Both the position numbers and the translations under genes were made by a program. From a virus: DNA of 64,000 nt. Within the stretch, counting starts at the first letter, position 1, and the number at the start of each line of letters is the position of its first letter. Below, one piece after another: positions 1 through 9,522 of this stretch. The stretch is taken from the IMG/VR virus record IMGVR_UViG_3300036884_000495, positions 32,001 through 96,000 of that record; one strand, written 5' to 3'. The notes beneath the pieces were generated by a model, which searched no databases, was not told the origin of the DNA, and saw nothing but the letters and a program-made list of their open reading frames with translations.

Positions 1-3000
1 GCAGGCGGCGGCCTAGCCACCACAATCCCCACGAGCCCCGCATGGGACGGCTTCGACTTGTCCGGCGTACGCAGCCCGCAGGATATCGATAACCTGCAGC
101 TGTATGCAGGGGTTGTTTCCTTTGGCGGCGATGGTGCCTTCTTCCTCTCCTCTTTCAACATCGCCTCGGGCGGCCCGTATCCGGTAGCAACTGCCGCCTT
201 GTACATCAGCACGGCAGTCGGCGCCTCCTTCACCGTGCAGTACGACGCGGTCTTCCCAGACCTTCCCGTGGACTTCACGGGGATTGCAGAAGGCGTAGCC
301 GCCGGTAACTGCCTGTACATGGGCGTGTGGAGCTCACAAGACTACGCGGCGGGCTTCTTTATCTCGCAAGAGGGGTGGGCATACACCGGCGAGGTTACGC
401 TAGATGGCTCCGGGAACGTGGTACCCGCACAGGCCGTAAACCTGATTCCAGGCAGCGACGGGTGGACGCAGGCAAGTAAGGAGTACAACATCCGCATCAT
501 CGTCGATGCGACCTCTGACCTTGTCTACGTGTACATCGAGGATGTGGCCGCCAATACAGGGCTGCAGCTCAAGGCGCTTCTAGTCGCTATTCATACGGTG
601 TCGCCGACCGTGTCCGACGCCGCCGTGTTGGCGGTAAGGGGCGACAGCACACACATCTCTTGGATCGAGCTATTCAACTATCAGCTCTCTTCCAAGGTCC
701 TTCTACCCAGCCCCCCACCCGTTGCGCACGCAGGGTCCGACCAGGCGATGCTCCGTTGCGCGATTGTGCGCTTAGATGGCGGCAGCAGCATAGACCCTGC
801 TGGGTACCCGCTCGCATACGAATGGCGGCTGGTAGACGCGCCGGCCACGAGTATCTTCTGCGTCTCAGGCGGCGATGGGCAGACGCTGACAGAGACGGTG
901 CCAACAGGCTTCACCTTTTCGTTCTACAGCCAAGACCTGGCGGATGCCGATGTCGCCGAGCCCCTGCAGGTAAACGACGTGCTGACGTACTCCGCGGGGT
1001 CGTTCACCATCAAGAGCATCGTGCGTACACCGACCTTCCGCGTGGTCGTAGAGTACGAGCAACTACCCGAAAGCAAGGGCAGTATACCTTTCAAGGTACT
1101 ACGGCAGTCAGGTATCAACGGGCCGCACACCACCGCCCCAACGTTCTACCCAGACGCCCTCGGCTTCTACTCTTTCGACCTACGCGTAAGCGACGGCTTG
1201 GCGAGCTCCAGCCCCTTGGGTACGGATCGCAGCCGCACGCTGATCAACGTCATCGAGAGCCCCCTGCCGCGCGGGTGCTCGGTAGATACCTCGTTCCTAT
1301 TCAACTACCTGCTGTCCTTTTGGAAACAGGTCGAGGACAGCGACCGCATAGCTACCTTCTGGGAGGCCCTCGCGCGCGTGGCGTCCACGGAGCTGTACTC
1401 GCTCTGGCAGATTGAGTACTCGAAGTCCTTGCGGGACATCCAGCGTACGTTCGTGCGCCGATGGCTGCACTACGACATTCTGCTTCCAGAGCCCTCTCCC
1501 GAGCTTACTACGCTGCGCTACCTGTGGGGCGGCGTCACCTCGAACGCTATTACCGGTACCGTAGCGAGCGTGGGCGGGACGACCTTTACTATCAGCTCCC
1601 CCTTCCTTTCGAATACCGTCACGATTCCTTTACTATCCACGAGCGCCACGACGACCCCAGAAGCGTACGCACAGCAGCTACAGGCCCGCCTACGGGAGGT
1701 ACTCGGTCCAAGTGTCGTGAGCAGCGTTTGCTGGACACGTGCAGGAGCCGTTACGGGCGACCTTAGGGGCCTGCGATACCCTGCAGATGTCACGGGGCGC
1801 ACCCTCGTTGTCACCGCAGACGCGGGTGTCGCGCACACTGCGACGATCGGTATGCCCGCTACTTTTGCGGCGTTCGTGCAGGAGCTTGTTGACCAGCTCG
1901 CTGGCGTAGCTGTCTTTGCGAACCCAGACGGCACTGTGCGCATCGGGTCGCCAACGGTAGGCGGTGCTTCGGGAGTTGTTATCGACGCCGCGAGCACGCT
2001 GCTTACAGCGCACGGGGGGCCTGTATCTTTCGATACGCTAACAGCCACCGCTGTCGCCTACGTGCACATCGCCGCGAACATCCCGTTCACGCTGATGTCG
2101 TCATCCTCGGCACCGGCGTTCTCGTATCCGCAGATCAACAGCCTCATAGGCGCATCTAGCGGTGGTGATGTTGTAGGCCCGCGCGCTTTTCGCGTGTCGT
2201 ATTCCTTGGCGAGCACACCACTCAACGAGGATGATCTGCTTGTTGTGGGGCGGGATGCCTACCGCATTGTGCGCATCGTAGACGACGTACGCGACCCCTT
2301 CCCGTATCAGCGCATCGTGGTCAAAGACGACTTGCCCGCGGTCTCCAACTCGGACTGGGTCATACCTGGCTGGGTGGAGTCGAAGTTCCTCAACTTCTAC
2401 GCCGGTTTGGTGGACCGCGGGGACTATGTCGACTTCGAGGTGACTACGCCTGGGGGTGGGCTTACCCTTGTAACTACGACAGTCCTCGGAGCCAACGCCA
2501 CGTTGATAGGGCGTCTCGCAGTCAATACCGCAGTACTTGCAGCACAACTATCCCTAGTCCCAGGGCTGACAGTCTTCCTGGCGCGCGTTCTGCGCCGACG
2601 ATACATCCCAATCGATCCGCTCATTGTGGACATCCCTATCCTCACCGACGTCATCGAGGTGGTGGACACAGACGCCGTTCTACGCAGGAACGCGGACTAC
2701 TTCATTGAGACCTTCCGCGGGCACCAGGCTGTGCGGTTCTGTGTAAACGTCGGCGCCGACCTCGGAGATGTTTGGGAGGGCGACCGCCCACCCGCGCGCC
2801 TGTGGGCGGAGTACACGTACGTAGACAACGCGCCCCTCATACAGGCGAACTTCGGGGCAGCCATCGGGGTGACCCAAGATATGGTGCCCGACACAGTGGA
2901 CTATCTCAGCGCCGTACGCGGGCTTTGGTACGCCATGTACAACGGCCCCACGATGGCGGACCTGCGTATTGCTTTGCAGGTGTTCTTGGGGCTGCCATTT

Positions 3001-4218
3001 GCAGAAGCAGCGGGCACCATCCTAGAAGTCAACACCAACTTCCTCACGCAGCAAAGCCGGCTCTTGATCCAAGATGCTGCGAACAAAGAGCTGGTGCGCT
3101 CGTATGTGTACCCGCGCATACTGAGCGTGGAGACCAACCCAGGCACGGGGGTGGCTTACGTCGTGGGAGACGTCGTCGCGCAGTTCGCCCCGCTGGTCAC
3201 AGGAGCCTCTGTTACGGATTGGGTGAAGGACCCCAAGTGGTTCCAGGGGATAGTCAACCAGGGCGCCTTCTACGAAGTTCAGAAGTACCACACGTTCTTG
3301 GTGCGCGTAGATAGCCAGGCGTTCAACCTAGCCTCTTTGATGTTCGCACAGAAGTTCCTAGCGAAGATCAAACCAATCTATACCGACCCTCTGTACGTTG
3401 TGGCGCTGCCTGCGGGTCCAGATGAAATAGATGTTGTGGACTCCACTTCCTTTGCGCTGACGATGCGGTTGTATGACACCCCTTGTGACCGCATGGGCGC
3501 GAGCTACTACTTTGACGAACCATGGGCGGCGGGTGCAGAGGCGCTCACGATGCCTGGGGGCGCCGAGCGCTCGTATCGGAACAACTTCGACAGAGGCGAC
3601 GACCCTACGGCTCCTGTGCCCGACTACCCAGGCCCTTCGGATCTTGTAACGTGGGGGTTCGATAAGGAGTGGCTTTGTCCTGCAGACCGCCTTGAACTAA
3701 GCCGCAGTGAGGTGTACGCGCCCTCCGCGCTCCCGCGCTACGACAGCGTGTTCGCATTCGATATGCAGGTCACGCAGCAGGTGTTTACGACACTTTCTCC
3801 GCCCTCGTCTTATGGGGCGTTTCTCACCCTCTTCACAGCAGACCGCGCAGCCACTATCACGCGCTTCCAACTGCAACTGAACGGGCCCACACTGGGGGCG
3901 CTGGGAGCGCACTGGGGGGCAGACCTGCTTGTCAACGGCACTGTGCGGCAGACGCACGCCTTTGACGTCGGGTATGTACACCCAGTACTGGGGCTAGTAA
4001 TCACCATGCCCCAAAACATCGAACTGATTGTACCGGCGCTCTCCATAGCGATCTCCATCGGAGACGTTGTGAGCCTACACATCTACCCCACGTCCCTCGT
4101 CACACAGACGCCGGGGTGGACACAGATACTTGCCGCCACCTCTCTTGGCGAGGGGCCGTGGGGGTGGGATGCGCCGTTAGCCGGCGGCACGTACTACAAC
4201 GTCGGAGAGCTGGAATGA
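1..4218 (+). CDS. Large virion structural protein (baseplate/tail-associated) with PKD/REJ-like Ig domain; 5'-truncated by the window edge
   Basis: The frame is open from base 1 (the ORF track starts at TTG 58). It has a PKD/K319L-like signature (PVAHAGSDQ..VRLDGGSSIDPAG.PLAYEW..; FYPDALGFYSFDLRVSDG), is beta-rich, and is translationally coupled (ATGA) to downstream tail genes. Confidence 0.7.
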   Translation, partial: AGGGLATTIPTSPAWDGFDLSGVRSPQDIDNLQLYAGVVSFGGDGAFFLSSFNIASGGPYPVATAALYISTAVGASFTVQYDAVFPDLPVDFTGIAEGVAAGNCLYMGVWSSQDYAAGFFISQEGWAYTGEVTLDGSGNVVPAQAVNLIPGSDGWTQASKEYNIRIIVDATSDLVYVYIEDVAANTGLQLKALLVAIHTVSPTVSDAAVLAVRGDSTHISWIELFNYQLSSKVLLPSPPPVAHAGSDQAMLRCAIVRLDGGSSIDPAGYPLAYEWRLVDAPATSIFCVSGGDGQTLTETVPTGFTFSFYSQDLADADVAEPLQVNDVLTYSAGSFTIKSIVRTPTFRVVVEYEQLPESKGSIPFKVLRQSGINGPHTTAPTFYPDALGFYSFDLRVSDGLASSSPLGTDRSRTLINVIESPLPRGCSVDTSFLFNYLLSFWKQVEDSDRIATFWEALARVASTELYSLWQIEYSKSLRDIQRTFVRRWLHYDILLPEPSPELTTLRYLWGGVTSNAITGTVASVGGTTFTISSPFLSNTVTIPLLSTSATTTPEAYAQQLQARLREVLGPSVVSSVCWTRAGAVTGDLRGLRYPADVTGRTLVVTADAGVAHTATIGMPATFAAFVQELVDQLAGVAVFANPDGTVRIGSPTVGGASGVVIDAASTLLTAHGGPVSFDTLTATAVAYVHIAANIPFTLMSSSSAPAFSYPQINSLIGASSGGDVVGPRAFRVSYSLASTPLNEDDLLVVGRDAYRIVRIVDDVRDPFPYQRIVVKDDLPAVSNSDWVIPGWVESKFLNFYAGLVDRGDYVDFEVTTPGGGLTLVTTTVLGANATLIGRLAVNTAVLAAQLSLVPGLTVFLARVLRRRYIPIDPLIVDIPILTDVIEVVDTDAVLRRNADYFIETFRGHQAVRFCVNVGADLGDVWEGDRPPARLWAEYTYVDNAPLIQANFGAAIGVTQDMVPDTVDYLSAVRGLWYAMYNGPTMADLRIALQVFLGLPFAEAAGTILEVNTNFLTQQSRLLIQDAANKELVRSYVYPRILSVETNPGTGVAYVVGDVVAQFAPLVTGASVTDWVKDPKWFQGIVNQGAFYEVQKYHTFLVRVDSQAFNLASLMFAQKFLAKIKPIYTDPLYVVALPAGPDEIDVVDSTSFALTMRLYDTPCDRMGASYYFDEPWAAGAEALTMPGGAERSYRNNFDRGDDPTAPVPDYPGPSDLVTWGFDKEWLCPADRLELSRSEVYAPSALPRYDSVFAFDMQVTQQVFTTLSPPSSYGAFLTLFTADRAATITRFQLQLNGPTLGALGAHWGADLLVNGTVRQTHAFDVGYVHPVLGLVITMPQNIELIVPALSIAISIGDVVSLHIYPTSLVTQTPGWTQILAATSLGEGPWGWDAPLAGGTYYNVGELE

Positions 4219-4853
4219 ACAACGTCTTCATCGAACACCGACGCGGCGGCACCCTTGTGGAAACAAGAGAGCTGCACAACGTGTGGACCTACTTCGGCAA
4301 ACTGTACTTGTCGCAGTTGGTCTCCAACGTGATCATCGATGACGTTGGTGGCGATGTGCCTGAATCCATCTTCCGTGTGCGCTCCCTGTGTCTTGGCATG
4401 GGTGGCGTAGAAGCTGCGGGCGCCGCGTACGGTGCGGCCTTCCTTACCGCGTACCCTCCGGGGCACGATCCACATGCTACTGCGGGGAACAAGTACGACA
4501 AGAACAACCCCACAGGGCCCGTGATTTCCACGCTAGAACGGCCTGTGCGCAGGTCGGGCGGCTTGACTCCGTATCCAGGCGGCTCCGGCGACGTCTGGCT
4601 GTTCGAACCGCCCAGCGTGCACTACCGGGATATCAACTCCGTGACATTCGAGACCGTCGTAGACTGCACCGCCGGGGACCTCGTGTACAGCACGCTCCCC
4701 TACATGCCTATTTCGGAGGCGGGCCTTTGTCACTCAGGCGCAAACGCAGCCACCGCGTACAATAACGTTGTAGCTTACGTCAACTTTGCTACCATCGTCC
4801 TTCAGAGCGACAGCATCGTGACCTTATCTTGGACCGTGAGGTTGGCATCGTGA
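4215..4853 (+). CDS. Baseplate/tail-fibre attachment protein, paralog 1
   Basis: ATG 4215 overlaps the previous stop (ATGA). Motifs HNVWTYFGKLYLSQL, LERPVR, SVTF and ISEAGL resemble tail-collar/fibre proximal domains. Confidence 0.6.
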   Translation: MNNVFIEHRRGGTLVETRELHNVWTYFGKLYLSQLVSNVIIDDVGGDVPESIFRVRSLCLGMGGVEAAGAAYGAAFLTAYPPGHDPHATAGNKYDKNNPTGPVISTLERPVRRSGGLTPYPGGSGDVWLFEPPSVHYRDINSVTFETVVDCTAGDLVYSTLPYMPISEAGLCHSGANAATAYNNVVAYVNFATIVLQSDSIVTLSWTVRLAS

Positions 4854-5500
4854 GATTCAACGAAGACATTCAGGTAAAGCAAAACCTCCACCTCGTTGCA
4901 CGTGAGCGCGGAAAGATTGTCGCCCGCCGCGATGGACACAACATCTTCGTGGACTTGGGCCGCGAGTGGCTCTCGCGCCTGATCGCCTACCAAAGCTATA
5001 GTCCTGACGTCTATCAACGCGACGACCGCGTTCGCTATATGGGGTTTGGTATCGGCGGCAACAGGCAGCTGGCGCTGTCTACTGCGAACGCCTTCCCAAT
5101 CGGCGGAGCCGGGAACCCCTACGCGGCGAGCAGCCACACAGGCGTCGGCGCCAACCAGCAGACAGACTTGGACCGCACAGTGACGACGCTGGAACGCCCT
5201 GTGCGCGTGAGCGGTGGGTCTACAGGCTATCCTGGCGTCAGCGGGGACAAGTGGCTCGGGCTGTTACAGGCACCCGCGCAGCACGCGAGTGGCACGAGCG
5301 TGACCTTCGTGCGCATGTTCTTGCCCGCAGATGTGAGCTACTTGCCGTTCGCCTCTGTGCCCCTCAGCGAAGTCGGGTTGTTCACGGCGGCCGCCGACCC
5401 AGGCTTCTACCTAAACACGCTGATCGCCTACGATACCTTTGATACTTTGAGCAAGACTTCGGCCATCTCACTCGAGGTCGATTGGACGTTCAACTTCTAG
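4850..5500 (+). CDS. Baseplate/tail-fibre attachment protein, paralog 2
   Basis: GTG 4850 overlaps the previous stop (GTGA). Motifs HNIFVDLGREWLSRL, LERPVR, SVTF and LSEVGLF are colinear with the upstream gene. Confidence 0.6.
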   Translation: MRFNEDIQVKQNLHLVARERGKIVARRDGHNIFVDLGREWLSRLIAYQSYSPDVYQRDDRVRYMGFGIGGNRQLALSTANAFPIGGAGNPYAASSHTGVGANQQTDLDRTVTTLERPVRVSGGSTGYPGVSGDKWLGLLQAPAQHASGTSVTFVRMFLPADVSYLPFASVPLSEVGLFTAAADPGFYLNTLIAYDTFDTLSKTSAISLEVDWTFNF

Positions 5501-5509
5501 GAGTCCGAG

Positions 5510-7540
5510 ATGCCATTTCATCGCTTTCAAGATCCGACATACAACAGACTCGGTGGCGCCTTTCCCGGCACCATCGGAACACAGACATACAGCCGCATCA
5601 ATGTCACCAATGGCGGTATCGGTGGCGGGGACGGCAGCGCAAATGCAGATGGCGCCAAAGGAAGCGGCCCGAATGCAGGCACGTACTTGGTGGCCTTCGG
5701 CGAGGATGCTACCAGTTCCGCGGCCAATCGCGGTTTGCGTGCGATGGCGCAGAACACGGACGCTATCGATAACGTCATCCGAGGAAGCATCCCGTACGTC
5801 AAGCGCGTGACCGTCACGACCGTTTCGAGCAGCATCGATGTAGCGCTCGGCACTGAGATGTTTGTGGGCGAGCAAGGACTAGGCGCGTCTGCGCCGGTCT
5901 TGGCAGGTCTTGTACATATCGAGAATACGGACGGCACTCCCGTAGCAGGCACAACCCAGCCCACAATCATCTTGATCCATGATGGCACCGGCATCAACGT
6001 GGTGGGCGTGCCGGCGGACGGATTCTACGCAACGCCCACTATTCGCTTCTCAGCGTCTATCCCCGCGGGCACCTACGTGCTCTTCGTCGGTGTGCGTACG
6101 AGCTACGCTGACTTGCTCGAGACCAAGCTCCACTACACGGTCAACGAGCTCCTGGCGAACCGCACGTACAACACGCAGAACTGGTACAGCTTCACGCAGG
6201 GTTTGAACGAGAAGTACCGCCGGTCGACTACCAGGGCTGCGGGGGCGCTTGATACCCCAGGGTCTGGTGCCGTCATCACTCGCGACGGTAAAGCCGTCAC
6301 CGTGGAGATGGTGGAGCACCCATGGGCAACGCCTGTAGCGGGCGCAGACCCGTTCGATGCGGGCATCATCGTGCAGCTTCCGAGCGCGTTCGGCACACCA
6401 GGTACCGCCACTGACTACGATCGAACGCTGCCGGGGAACCTCGGCTACGTGTACGTCACGAATCGCCGCGGGGGCAACAACCCACTTGAGTATACGAAGC
6501 CCTCGCAGCCGTTGGCCGCCTTCGCTATTCTGAATCCCATGGACGTGCACTCCGGCTCGTCGGGTCCGTGGGTTGCGCGCACCTTCATCCCAGAAGGCAT
6601 ATCTGCCACTCTGAACCCAGATGGCGCACACGCCAGCCGTGTGCAGGTATTCACCCCCTACTACTTTCGAGAGTCGTCATATCACACCACCGCAATCCTT
6701 CTCGGCTTCGACGGTTTGCTGATCACGATAGCCGGTGTCACGCAGTGGTACATCATCGATTCCATCGTATCTGACGGGGTCGTTACTGTGGTATTCCCTG
6801 GTGGAACTCCTGCGGGTTTCAGCACGGCGACGTCGGCTACTATTCAGTGGGTGCAGTTTTCTGCCTGCTTTGGTGGCGCAGGGCGCGGCAGCAGCGTCGA
6901 CTCCAAACAGCATTGGGCGGGCTTCGTGTGGACCGATCCCATGCGTCTTATGGCTCCTAGCGGATCGTGGCCGGACGTCGCCGATGGCTATCAAGAAGAC
7001 GCACCTATTCACATCACAAAGACCTCCGGGGATATTGCTTTCCGCGCTGGCGTGTTCAATCCGACGACAGGCAGCTACGATATCGGTTGGTTTCTAACGG
7101 CGGGAGGCGTGCTGTACCCAGGCCCCTCCAACACGCAGTCATCAACGAGCAGCACCGGCGGCTTGCTACTCAAGGCAAACCAGGGGTCGATAACAGATAC
7201 GCACGCGCTGATCACGGGTGGATCGAATAGTGTGCTGATTGACGTGTGGGCCGCATCGTGCGTATTCCTAACGCACGGCACGCTGACTGGGGATGTCTAC
7301 GTTTCCATAGGGCTGACTCACGGCCCAAATTGGTCGGGGACGTCCGGCGACCACATTGAGGTTTTCCTCTACAAGACCACAACGGCACACGCCATCGACC
7401 TAGGGTGGGATCTAGGCCAATTCGCATTCAGCGGTAATGACGGTGTTGTCCCCGCCGGAATCGCCGCAACATACAAGTGGACGGGTACTAGGTCCTTCAA
7501 CGGCAAGTTCTACATGACTCGAACGGATTACCCACTCTAG
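5510..7540 (+). CDS. Putative tail fibre / virion structural protein
   Basis: 676 aa, Gly/Thr/Ser-rich beta-type composition, AGGAG RBS upstream, located in the tail cluster. Confidence 0.6.
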   Translation: MPFHRFQDPTYNRLGGAFPGTIGTQTYSRINVTNGGIGGGDGSANADGAKGSGPNAGTYLVAFGEDATSSAANRGLRAMAQNTDAIDNVIRGSIPYVKRVTVTTVSSSIDVALGTEMFVGEQGLGASAPVLAGLVHIENTDGTPVAGTTQPTIILIHDGTGINVVGVPADGFYATPTIRFSASIPAGTYVLFVGVRTSYADLLETKLHYTVNELLANRTYNTQNWYSFTQGLNEKYRRSTTRAAGALDTPGSGAVITRDGKAVTVEMVEHPWATPVAGADPFDAGIIVQLPSAFGTPGTATDYDRTLPGNLGYVYVTNRRGGNNPLEYTKPSQPLAAFAILNPMDVHSGSSGPWVARTFIPEGISATLNPDGAHASRVQVFTPYYFRESSYHTTAILLGFDGLLITIAGVTQWYIIDSIVSDGVVTVVFPGGTPAGFSTATSATIQWVQFSACFGGAGRGSSVDSKQHWAGFVWTDPMRLMAPSGSWPDVADGYQEDAPIHITKTSGDIAFRAGVFNPTTGSYDIGWFLTAGGVLYPGPSNTQSSTSSTGGLLLKANQGSITDTHALITGGSNSVLIDVWAASCVFLTHGTLTGDVYVSIGLTHGPNWSGTSGDHIEVFLYKTTTAHAIDLGWDLGQFAFSGNDGVVPAGIAATYKWTGTRSFNGKFYMTRTDYPL

Positions 7541-7549
7541 GAGCTTCAC

Positions 7550-8440
7550 ATGCCCGTATTTCTATCGCCAGTTACGATTCCTTACCCCGATACTAGCGGC
7601 AATATTAGCCTAACAACGGCGGGATCCGCGCATATTGGCGGCGGACTGCAGGTTGACGGCGACGCGATCCTTAGTGGCCACGTGCGCGTTGACGGCGGTT
7701 TTAGTACACCACATATAGCCTTGGGCGCACTTGGCTCATATACGGGTACGGACCGCGAATTGCTTACGTGCACGACGGCAAACGGCCAGCAGGTGTTCCA
7801 GTATGATGCCGGGGATACGATCACACCCACAGCACTTCCGTGGGCACAGCGAGGTCCAGGTGGCGTCGGTTGCTGGAAGGTTGTGAATTACGGGCAGGTG
7901 TGTAAGACTGTGCACGACGCCCAGTATGATACTGATGGTGGGACTGTCGCATACCCCAGCGGCGGTGTACACACGTATCACATATCAGACCTTTCTGTCA
8001 TGAACGGAAACTACGCCATGGGTAGCGGAGCACGCCCAAAGGCAGTTAACGGCTATGAAGTAGATGCACAGCTAACGTGGGCGCTGTTTACCCCGTGGCC
8101 CGAGTCATCCACTATACCCGAGGGTAACAACATCGCAGGCAGCATAGTTGCGCACATCGACAATAATGGGAGCGGCGGGCCAGGTACCTACTACGATCCG
8201 GGCGGAGTAGCCGCGGCTACCTTTGTTACGTCCCGTGGCAGTCTGCTGTACAAGCAAGTTGGTGCTACAAAGTTCACTACAATAGTGAAGCTGCATAGTA
8301 TGCTGTACCTGCCTGCAGGCCCGCTAGCTGTAGATAACATTGAACTGATGGTGCTTATCCGCACGGATCCTGTCGAATTCGCTACGTATGCATTTGGCGG
8401 GTCTGCTATAAGCCTGTGTGTAACCATCAGGGCTTTCTAG
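7550..8440 (+). CDS. Putative tail fibre / receptor-binding protein
   Basis: 296 aa with AGGAG RBS. N-terminal beta-helix-like repeats (GSAHIGGGLQVDGDAILSGHVRVDG). Codon usage is visibly more A/T-rich than its neighbours. Confidence 0.55.
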   Translation: MPVFLSPVTIPYPDTSGNISLTTAGSAHIGGGLQVDGDAILSGHVRVDGGFSTPHIALGALGSYTGTDRELLTCTTANGQQVFQYDAGDTITPTALPWAQRGPGGVGCWKVVNYGQVCKTVHDAQYDTDGGTVAYPSGGVHTYHISDLSVMNGNYAMGSGARPKAVNGYEVDAQLTWALFTPWPESSTIPEGNNIAGSIVAHIDNNGSGGPGTYYDPGGVAAATFVTSRGSLLYKQVGATKFTTIVKLHSMLYLPAGPLAVDNIELMVLIRTDPVEFATYAFGGSAISLCVTIRAF

Positions 8441-8445
8441 CAACT

Positions 8446-9306
8446 ATGGCCGAGACCTCCGAATACCACCCGTTTGCGCGGTCCTCGGAGGACGAAACCG
8501 GGGACACCCAGATCTGTGTCTTCACGAAGGGCGGCAAAGAAGTAGCGTCCGCGCTTCTTCGTGAATCCTTGGGCGAGAACGACGGGAACCGTCTGGAGAA
8601 GCTGCAGGTCGACTCTGCGCACCGGGGGCGGGGTCTTGCGCGCCTGCTGTTGCAAGAGGCGAAGAAGCGCGCGACAAAGGATCTGTACATCAAGCCGAGA
8701 CCTTTCGGCGACATGCCCGCCAGCATCGAGGCGCTCAAGAAGCTCTATCGCAGTGAGGGCTTCAAGGAAGCCGACGACAAGGACAACATGGTCTACAAGA
8801 AAGCAGCAAGCGAGCCCACAGGCAGCTACCAGGGTAAGCCTGCGAACCCCAACACGGTGAAGTTCGAGAAGGACTTTCAGGGGCTGAAGATCAAGGTTGA
8901 CCGCCCCAAGGGCTTCACCATGTCTGGCAAAGACCCCGAGGGGAAAGCTTGGGCGCGCACATACCAGTACGACTACGGCTACATACCGCAGACGCTTGGC
9001 GGGGACAACGACGGCCTTGACGTCTACCTGGGTCCGAACAAGACGGCGAAGGATTCCTACTGGGTGGTGCAGACCAAACCCAATGGCAAGTTCGACGAGT
9101 ACAAGGTGTTCCTCGGATTCAACAGCGAGAAGGATGCCGTCGCCGCGTACAAGGCGCACACGCCTGCGAAGCTTCTTCACAGCGTATCGGCGATGTCCAT
9201 CGAGATGATGAAGGCGATGCTGGGAGACAAGAACCCACGAGAAGACCTTGAGAAGAAGGCGATGTGGGGCGGCTTCCTCGACGAGCTCACGCGAATCGGG
9301 GGCTAA
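8446..9306 (+). CDS. GNAT acetyltransferase fused to inorganic pyrophosphatase-like (polyvalent-protein InPase) domain
   Basis: GNAT motif A LQVDSAHRGRGLARLLL and LYRSEGF. PPase motifs DYGYIPQTLGGDNDGLDVYLG and DEYKVFLGF. Likely start ATG 8446. Confidence 0.8.
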   Translation: MAETSEYHPFARSSEDETGDTQICVFTKGGKEVASALLRESLGENDGNRLEKLQVDSAHRGRGLARLLLQEAKKRATKDLYIKPRPFGDMPASIEALKKLYRSEGFKEADDKDNMVYKKAASEPTGSYQGKPANPNTVKFEKDFQGLKIKVDRPKGFTMSGKDPEGKAWARTYQYDYGYIPQTLGGDNDGLDVYLGPNKTAKDSYWVVQTKPNGKFDEYKVFLGFNSEKDAVAAYKAHTPAKLLHSVSAMSIEMMKAMLGDKNPREDLEKKAMWGGFLDELTRIGG

Positions 9307-9337
9307 AAGAAAACGGGGAGGTAGCGGCCTCCCCGTT
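9305..9337 (-). terminator. Rho-independent terminator ending the minus-strand replication operon
   Basis: Perfect 10-bp stem AACGGGGAGG/CCTCCCCGTT (9312-9337) followed on the minus strand by TTCTTTT. It lies at a convergent gene junction. Confidence 0.85.
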
Positions 9338-9522
9338 CACTCACGCCAATTCAGCGCCTTGCAGCTGCCTTAGTGGCGAGTCTTTCGTGCCGAACACGAC
9401 GATTCCGGCGTCTACTACGATGTTGCGTAGAAGGCCCTCTGGTAAGGATTCGTCCACCATGAGGACGTCTTCCGGCCGGGGAAGAACACACCCCGGCCAG
9501 AGACCCGCCGCATCGGCGTCGA

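Noticed and set aside
5510-8440. Diversity-generating retroelement acting on the tail fibres
   Set aside because: No reverse transcriptase and no template/variable repeat pair were seen in the window.
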